Positions 58,964 through 64,000 of a stretch of DNA of 64,000 nucleotides are shown here, one piece after another. Below the pieces are notes generated by a model. It did no database searches. It was given only the letters and a program-made list of their open reading frames with translations, and had not been told where the DNA came from. Numbering within the stretch: position 1 is the first letter of the stretch; each line of letters starts with the position of its first letter. Source of the stretch: Candidatus Fervidifonticultor secundus. Lineage in GTDB: Bacteria > Sysuimicrobiota > Sysuimicrobiia > Sysuimicrobiales > Humicultoraceae. The position numbers were made by a program, and so were the translations under genes. The stretch is from NCBI GenBank assembly GCA_031459385.1, contig JAVKIP010000001.1, positions 256,001-320,000 of the forward strand. Reading direction: 5' to 3'.

Positions 58964-59926
58964 ATGGCGATGGCGCGCGCGCCCCTGCCCCTGGGCCCCC
59001 TGCGCACGTTCCACCAGGTGGTGGTCCACCAGGCTTTCAACCGGGCCGCGCGCGCCCTGGGCGTCACGCAGCCCGCGGTCACCCAGCAGATGCGCCGGCT
59101 CGAGCGGGCCACAGGCGTCACCCTCTTCGAGCGCGACGGCCGCCGGCTGGTGCTCACCGAGGCCGGCCGGGCCCTGGCCGTCTACACGCAGCGCATCTTC
59201 GACCTGGTGGACGCCGCGCAGGACGCCCTGGCCGGCGCCCGCGAGCTGCGCACCGGCATCCTGCGGGTGGGCGCCAGTCGCACGGCCGGCGCCTACTACA
59301 TCGCCGACCTGCTCGACCGCTTCAAGCAGCGCTACCCCGGCGTGAAGGTGAGTTTGACGGTGGGGAACTCCCAGCTCGTCCTCGACCGGATCCGGGAGTT
59401 CTCACTGCACGCCGGACTCGTCGCCGGCCGGCCCGACGACGCGGCGCTGGTGACCCGGCCGCTGGTCCGGGACCGGATGCTCGTGGTGCTGCCCCCGCGC
59501 CACCCGCTGGCGCAGCAGGCCCGCGTCTCCATTCGCGACCTGCAGGGCTGGCCCCTCATCATGCGCGAGCCGGGCTCCACGACGCGCCACCTCATCGAAC
59601 AGGCTGCGGCGGCACGCGGGGTGCTCGTCGACGCCGCGATGGAGCTCGAGAGCAACGAGGCCATCAAGAGCGCGGTGGCCGACGGGATCGGGGTGGCGAT
59701 CATGGCCCACGCCGCCGTGGCCCAGGACCTGGCGAGCGGCCGTCTGGTCGGCCGCCCGTTGCGCGAGGCCCTGGCGCTGGACTTCGCGCTGGTCTACCAC
59801 CGCGACCGGGTGCTGGCGCCCGTGCTGGCGGCGTTCCTGGCGTTGCTGCCGGCGCGCGCACGCCGCGGCGCCGGTGCCCCCGGAGGAAAGCACACGCCGG
59901 GGCAGGAACCAAGGGGCCGGCGTTAG
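58964..59926 (+). CDS. LysR family transcriptional regulator
   Basis: FNRAARALGVTQPAVTQQMRRLE, LTEAG, REPGSTTR, EAIKSAV. Confidence 0.93.
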   Translation: MAMARAPLPLGPLRTFHQVVVHQAFNRAARALGVTQPAVTQQMRRLERATGVTLFERDGRRLVLTEAGRALAVYTQRIFDLVDAAQDALAGARELRTGILRVGASRTAGAYYIADLLDRFKQRYPGVKVSLTVGNSQLVLDRIREFSLHAGLVAGRPDDAALVTRPLVRDRMLVVLPPRHPLAQQARVSIRDLQGWPLIMREPGSTTRHLIEQAAAARGVLVDAAMELESNEAIKSAVADGIGVAIMAHAAVAQDLASGRLVGRPLREALALDFALVYHRDRVLAPVLAAFLALLPARARRGAGAPGGKHTPGQEPRGRR

Positions 59927-59943
59927 AACCCGGAGGCGTCGCG

Positions 59944-61308
59944 ATGGACCGCGTCGTGCCCAAACCGTCCGAAGGCGACCTGAACCTCTCCCCCCGGCGC
60001 ACGGCCTGGCAGGCCGCGATGCTCGACGACGCCACCCGCGCCCTCCTGGACGAGGACGCCCGCTACTTCCTCCACCAGGCACTCTCGACCCCCTGCCTGA
60101 ACGCGCTGCGCCGCTGCGAGGGCATCTACCTCGAGGACCTGCAGGGACGCCGCTACATGGACTTCCACGGGAACAGCGTCCATCAGGTCGGCTTCGGCAA
60201 CCCCGCGGTGGTGGCGGCGGTCAAGGCGCAGCTGGACGCGCTGAGCTTCTGCCCGCGGCGGTTCACCAACGAGCCGGCGGTGGCGCTGGCCAGGACGCTG
60301 GCGCGCCTGGCGCCCGGCGACCTGCACAAGGTGCTGTTCTGCCCCAGCGGCACGGGCGCCATCGGCATCGCGCTGAAGCTGGCCCGCGCGGTCACCGGCC
60401 GTTACAAGACCATCTCCATGTGGGACGCGTTCCACGGTGCCTCCCTCGACGCGATCTCGGTGGGCGGCGAGGAGCTGTTCCGCCGCGACGCCGGCCCGCT
60501 GCTCCCCGGCACCGAGCACGTGCCGCCCCCTGACCCCTACCGCTGCGTGTGGGACTGCCAGACGCGCGGCGGGTGCGACCTGAAGTGCGCTGGCTACATC
60601 GAGTACGTGCTCGAGAAGGAAGGCGACGTGGCGGCCGTGATCGCGGAGACGGTGCGGGCGACGCCGGTGATTCCGCACCGCGCGTTCTGGTCGACCGTGC
60701 GGGCGGCCTGCGACCGCCACGGGGCGCTGTTGATCCTCGACGAGATCCCCACGGCGCTGGGCCGCACCGGCGCCATGTTCGCCTGCGAGCACTACGACGT
60801 CGTTCCCGACATCCTGGTGCTGGGAAAGGGCCTGGGTGGCGGCATCCTCCCCCTGGCCGCGGTCCTTGCCCGCGAGCGTTTCGATGTGGCGGCCGACCGG
60901 GCGCTGGGCCACTACACGCACGAGAAGAGTCCCGTGGCCGCCGCCGCGGCCCTGGCCACGCTGCAGTACATCGAGGACCACGGCCTGGTCGCGCACGCCC
61001 GCACGCTGGGCCGCTATGCCCTGGACCGGCTGCGCGCGATGCAGGCGCGCCACCCGTTGATCGGCGACGTGCGGGGGCTGGGGTTGCTGCTGGGCGTCGA
61101 GCTGGTCACCGACCGCGGCACACGCGCGCGGGCCACCGCTGAGGCCGAGGCGGTCTTGTACGCGGCACTGTCCCGCGGCCTGAGCTTCAAGGTCAGCATG
61201 GGGAACATCCTGACCCTGAGCCCGCCGCTCGTGATCACCCGGGCCGAGATGGACCGCGCCCTGGACATCCTGGACGAGAGCCTGACGGAGGTCGAGCGGA
61301 GCCGATGA
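59944..61308 (+). CDS. pbfA: (R)-1-hydroxy-2-aminoethylphosphonate ammonia-lyase (class III PLP)
   Basis: SEGDLN, FLHQALSTPCL, MDFHGN.VHQ, FHGASLDAISVGGE, GHYTHEKSP; linked to phnW. Confidence 0.85.
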   Translation: MDRVVPKPSEGDLNLSPRRTAWQAAMLDDATRALLDEDARYFLHQALSTPCLNALRRCEGIYLEDLQGRRYMDFHGNSVHQVGFGNPAVVAAVKAQLDALSFCPRRFTNEPAVALARTLARLAPGDLHKVLFCPSGTGAIGIALKLARAVTGRYKTISMWDAFHGASLDAISVGGEELFRRDAGPLLPGTEHVPPPDPYRCVWDCQTRGGCDLKCAGYIEYVLEKEGDVAAVIAETVRATPVIPHRAFWSTVRAACDRHGALLILDEIPTALGRTGAMFACEHYDVVPDILVLGKGLGGGILPLAAVLARERFDVAADRALGHYTHEKSPVAAAAALATLQYIEDHGLVAHARTLGRYALDRLRAMQARHPLIGDVRGLGLLLGVELVTDRGTRARATAEAEAVLYAALSRGLSFKVSMGNILTLSPPLVITRAEMDRALDILDESLTEVERSR

Positions 61309-61964
61309 TCGTCCAGCCCGACCTGGCGCCGGGGCAGACGCTACTCTACACGCTGCGCCACGGCCTCACCGAGCTGAACCGCTCCAAGCGCACCGGCGGC
61401 CGCCTGGACGTGCCGCTGACCGCGGAAGGTCGCCGGCAGGCCGAGGAGGCCCGCGAGCAGTTCGCGGGCACGGCGCTCGACGTCGTGATCGCCTCCAGCC
61501 TGGGCCGCGCGATTGAGACCGCCGAGATCGTCACGGGGTGGGCGCGGGAGCAGATGATCATCGACGATCTGGCGGTCGAGCGCAGCTTCGGCCAGATGGA
61601 AGGCCTCACCCAGGACGAGATCCGCGAGCGGTTCCCGGACGTGATCTACGTGCCGATCGACCACATCCGCTACTCCCTCAACCCGCCGGGTGGGGAGTCG
61701 TTCGAGGCGCTCCGCACCCGGGCCCGGGCGTTCCTGGCCCGCGTGCTCGCGGCCCACCGCGGCAAGCGCGTGCTGGTCTCCTCGCACCAGAACTTCATGC
61801 AGCAGCTCCACGGCGAGCTGCGGGGCCTCGACCCCTATGCGGCGCTTAAGTACGACATCCTGAACCTGGAGCTGAACCAGTTCCACCTGGACGCCGACGG
61901 TCGGCTGCTCGCCCACCGCGTCTACCAGCTCTGCCCCGACGCCTCGAAGTACCCCTCGTTCTGA
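61305..61964 (+). CDS. Histidine phosphatase (phosphoglycerate mutase-like) family protein
   Basis: LRHG, SSLGRA..TA, ERSFG..EG, PGGES, VSSH; ATGA overlap with pbfA. Confidence 0.85.
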   Translation: MIVQPDLAPGQTLLYTLRHGLTELNRSKRTGGRLDVPLTAEGRRQAEEAREQFAGTALDVVIASSLGRAIETAEIVTGWAREQMIIDDLAVERSFGQMEGLTQDEIRERFPDVIYVPIDHIRYSLNPPGGESFEALRTRARAFLARVLAAHRGKRVLVSSHQNFMQQLHGELRGLDPYAALKYDILNLELNQFHLDADGRLLAHRVYQLCPDASKYPSF

Positions 61965-61981
61965 GGGCCGGAGGCGGGCCG

Positions 61982-63280
61982 GTGGCAGCGGGCACCCGGC
62001 GGCTGCAGGCGGTGGTCGAGGCCCTGGCCGCGCGCCTGTGGCAGCGATTCCCCCCGCAGGTCCGCGGGCTGCGGCGGGTGGGCCGCGAGGCCGAGTTCCC
62101 GGTGGTCTGGCCGGACGGCCGGGCCGGCGAGGTTGCGCGCCTGTGGGACGGTCTGCGCGCCGACGCTGGTGCCCGCGTCCGGTACGATGACCCCGACCGG
62201 CGGACGATCATCGAGCGCGTGGACATCGGTGATGTCGGCTACGAGGTCGAGGTCGGCCGGGCCACCGTCGAGGTGGTGCTGCCGCCCGCCGACGATCTGC
62301 ATGGGCTGGCCGCGGCCTCCGCGGTGGCTGTGGGCCGGCTGGCGCGCGTAGCGGCCGCGGAGCGCCTGCGTATCCTCGGGTACGGCATTCAGCCCCGGGC
62401 GCGGGCCCGACCCGGCCTGATCACTCCCAAGCGCCGCTACGCCGCGTTCCACCGCAGTGTCGGCCGGCCCTGGCTGCCGTTCACGACCACGGCCAGCGAC
62501 CAGGTGCACGTGGACGTCGGGCGCGACGAGCTCATCGAGGTGACCAACGTCATGAACCTGCTGTCAGGCGCCATCATCGCGCTGACGGCCAACTCGTCCG
62601 TCTACGCAGGACAGGTCGGGCGCTTCTGCTCCGGCCGGGAAGGGCTGCTGCGCGTGCTGGGCGACCGCCACGGCATGCCGCCCCGGCCCTTCGCAGACCT
62701 GGAGGATTACGTGTGGTTCGTCTGCCAGCAGCCGTGTGCCGTGCTGCGGCGGGGCCACGACTACGTGGCGTACGGCCGGCCGCTGGCGGCATACGTCGGG
62801 GCGCGCGGGCCAGACCTCGACGCGTTCCTCTGGCACGAGCACTACCTCTGGTACAGCGCGCGGCCGCGGGCGCAGCACGCCACCGTCGAGGTCCGGCCGG
62901 CCTGCCAGCAGCCGCCCGACGACCCCCTGGCGGCTGCCGCCCTGGCCCTCGCGCTGGTGGAGGGCTGGCGCGAGGCGCGGGCGCTGGTGGCCGACGCGCT
63001 CGGCACCGACGCGCGGGGACCCGATGCCTGGCAGGCGATGGCGGCCTACCGGCAGGCGGCGATCCGCGACGGCATCCGCGCGGCTGAGCCTGCCCCGCGG
63101 TTCCTGGCCCGGCTGCTGGACGTGGCGGAGGCGGCTCTGCGCCGGCGCGGGCGCGGCGAAGAACGCCTCCTCGCCGGCCTCCGGCGCCGGGTGGAGCGGC
63201 GCCGGCTGCCGGCTGACGACGCCGCGGCGGCGTTCCGGCGCGGCGGCGCGGCGGCGCTGGTGGCGACCCGGGCGCTGTAG
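61982..63280 (+). CDS. Glutamate-cysteine ligase family 2 (GCS2)-like ligase
   Basis: VGREAEF, EVG...VE, TASDQVHVD, IALTANS, ARPR, VEVRPACQQP. Confidence 0.78.
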   Translation: MAAGTRRLQAVVEALAARLWQRFPPQVRGLRRVGREAEFPVVWPDGRAGEVARLWDGLRADAGARVRYDDPDRRTIIERVDIGDVGYEVEVGRATVEVVLPPADDLHGLAAASAVAVGRLARVAAAERLRILGYGIQPRARARPGLITPKRRYAAFHRSVGRPWLPFTTTASDQVHVDVGRDELIEVTNVMNLLSGAIIALTANSSVYAGQVGRFCSGREGLLRVLGDRHGMPPRPFADLEDYVWFVCQQPCAVLRRGHDYVAYGRPLAAYVGARGPDLDAFLWHEHYLWYSARPRAQHATVEVRPACQQPPDDPLAAAALALALVEGWREARALVADALGTDARGPDAWQAMAAYRQAAIRDGIRAAEPAPRFLARLLDVAEAALRRRGRGEERLLAGLRRRVERRRLPADDAAAAFRRGGAAALVATRAL

Positions 63281-63360
63281 GGGCCTGCCGGCGCGGGCGC
63301 CGGCGTGCCGCAGACGCGGACGCTGGGGGCGAGATGCACGACACGTGACGGAGGGAGACG

Positions 63361-64000
63361 ATGGGGCGGCTCGACGGCAAGGTCGTGTTGATCACGGGCG
63401 CGGGCAGCGGCATGGGCCGTGTCGCGTCCGTGCGCTTCGCGCGCGAGGGCGCGCGGATCGTGGTGGCAGAGGTGGCCGAGGCCGCCGGGCGCGAGACGGC
63501 CGGTGAGGTCCGCGCCGCCGGCGGCGAGGCGCTCTTCGTGCGCACCGATGTCGCGCGGGAGGCCGACGTGGCCGCGGCGGTCCGCGCGGGCGAGGAGGCG
63601 TTCGGCCGCATCGACGTCCTCTACAACAACGCCGGGATCTTCCCCCCGGACGACGGGTCGGTCGTCGACCTGGACGAGGCGGTCTGGGACCGGGTGATGG
63701 CCATCAACCTCAAGGGCATCTACCTGGTCTGCAAGCACGGCATTCCGGCGCTGCTGCGCGCCGGCGGTGGGTCGGTGATCAACATCGCCAGCTTCGTGGC
63801 CCTGGTGGGGTGCACCGTGCCGCAGGACGCCTACACCGCCAGCAAGGGCGGGGTGATCGCCCTCACGAAATCGCTGGCGGTGCAGTTCGGGCCCCGGGGC
63901 ATCCGTACCAACGCCATCTGCCCCGGGCCCATCGAGACCCCGCTGCTGACGCAGTGGCTGCTCACCAACCCCGAGGCGAAGGCGGTGCGCCTGGCGCGCA
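63361..64000 (+). CDS. SDR family oxidoreductase (runs off the window end)
   Basis: Read from sequence: MGRLDGKVVLITGAGSGMG, NNAG, YTASKGG, NAICPGP. Confidence 0.9.
   Translation, partial: MGRLDGKVVLITGAGSGMGRVASVRFAREGARIVVAEVAEAAGRETAGEVRAAGGEALFVRTDVAREADVAAAVRAGEEAFGRIDVLYNNAGIFPPDDGSVVDLDEAVWDRVMAINLKGIYLVCKHGIPALLRAGGGSVINIASFVALVGCTVPQDAYTASKGGVIALTKSLAVQFGPRGIRTNAICPGPIETPLLTQWLLTNPEAKAVRLAR

Overview
Very GC-rich, gene-dense bacterial window with about 60 CDS and no rRNA, tRNA, CRISPR array or intact mobile element that I could recognise. Most of it is amine, C1 and phosphonate metabolism. Three blocks stand out. (1) 23.3-35.8 kb: a corrinoid operon in which a pyrrolysine-free MtmB-family methyltransferase sits with a corrinoid protein, a stand-alone homocysteine methyltransferase and two reactivation proteins, next to an unusual LuxR regulator and a dimethylglycine/sarcosine dehydrogenase-like gene. 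(2) 35.85-48.7 kb: an apparently lower-GC, IclR-linked catabolic island whose acyl-CoA dehydrogenase, crotonase and HpaB/AbfD homologues lack their canonical catalytic residues. (3) 49.3-62 kb: a 2-aminoethylphosphonate cluster (phnW, ABC transporter, pbfA, LysR) with no recognisable C-P cleaving enzyme. It instead carries an aldehyde dehydrogenase, a two-subunit CoA transferase and an atypical citryl-CoA-lyase-like protein, suggesting a CoA-dependent route to C-P cleavage. Three small decayed gene remnants and several promoter or operator motifs are also visible. All family assignments come from motif recognition by eye and comparison with reference sequences recalled from memory. No database search was run, and several start codons were re-chosen by hand.
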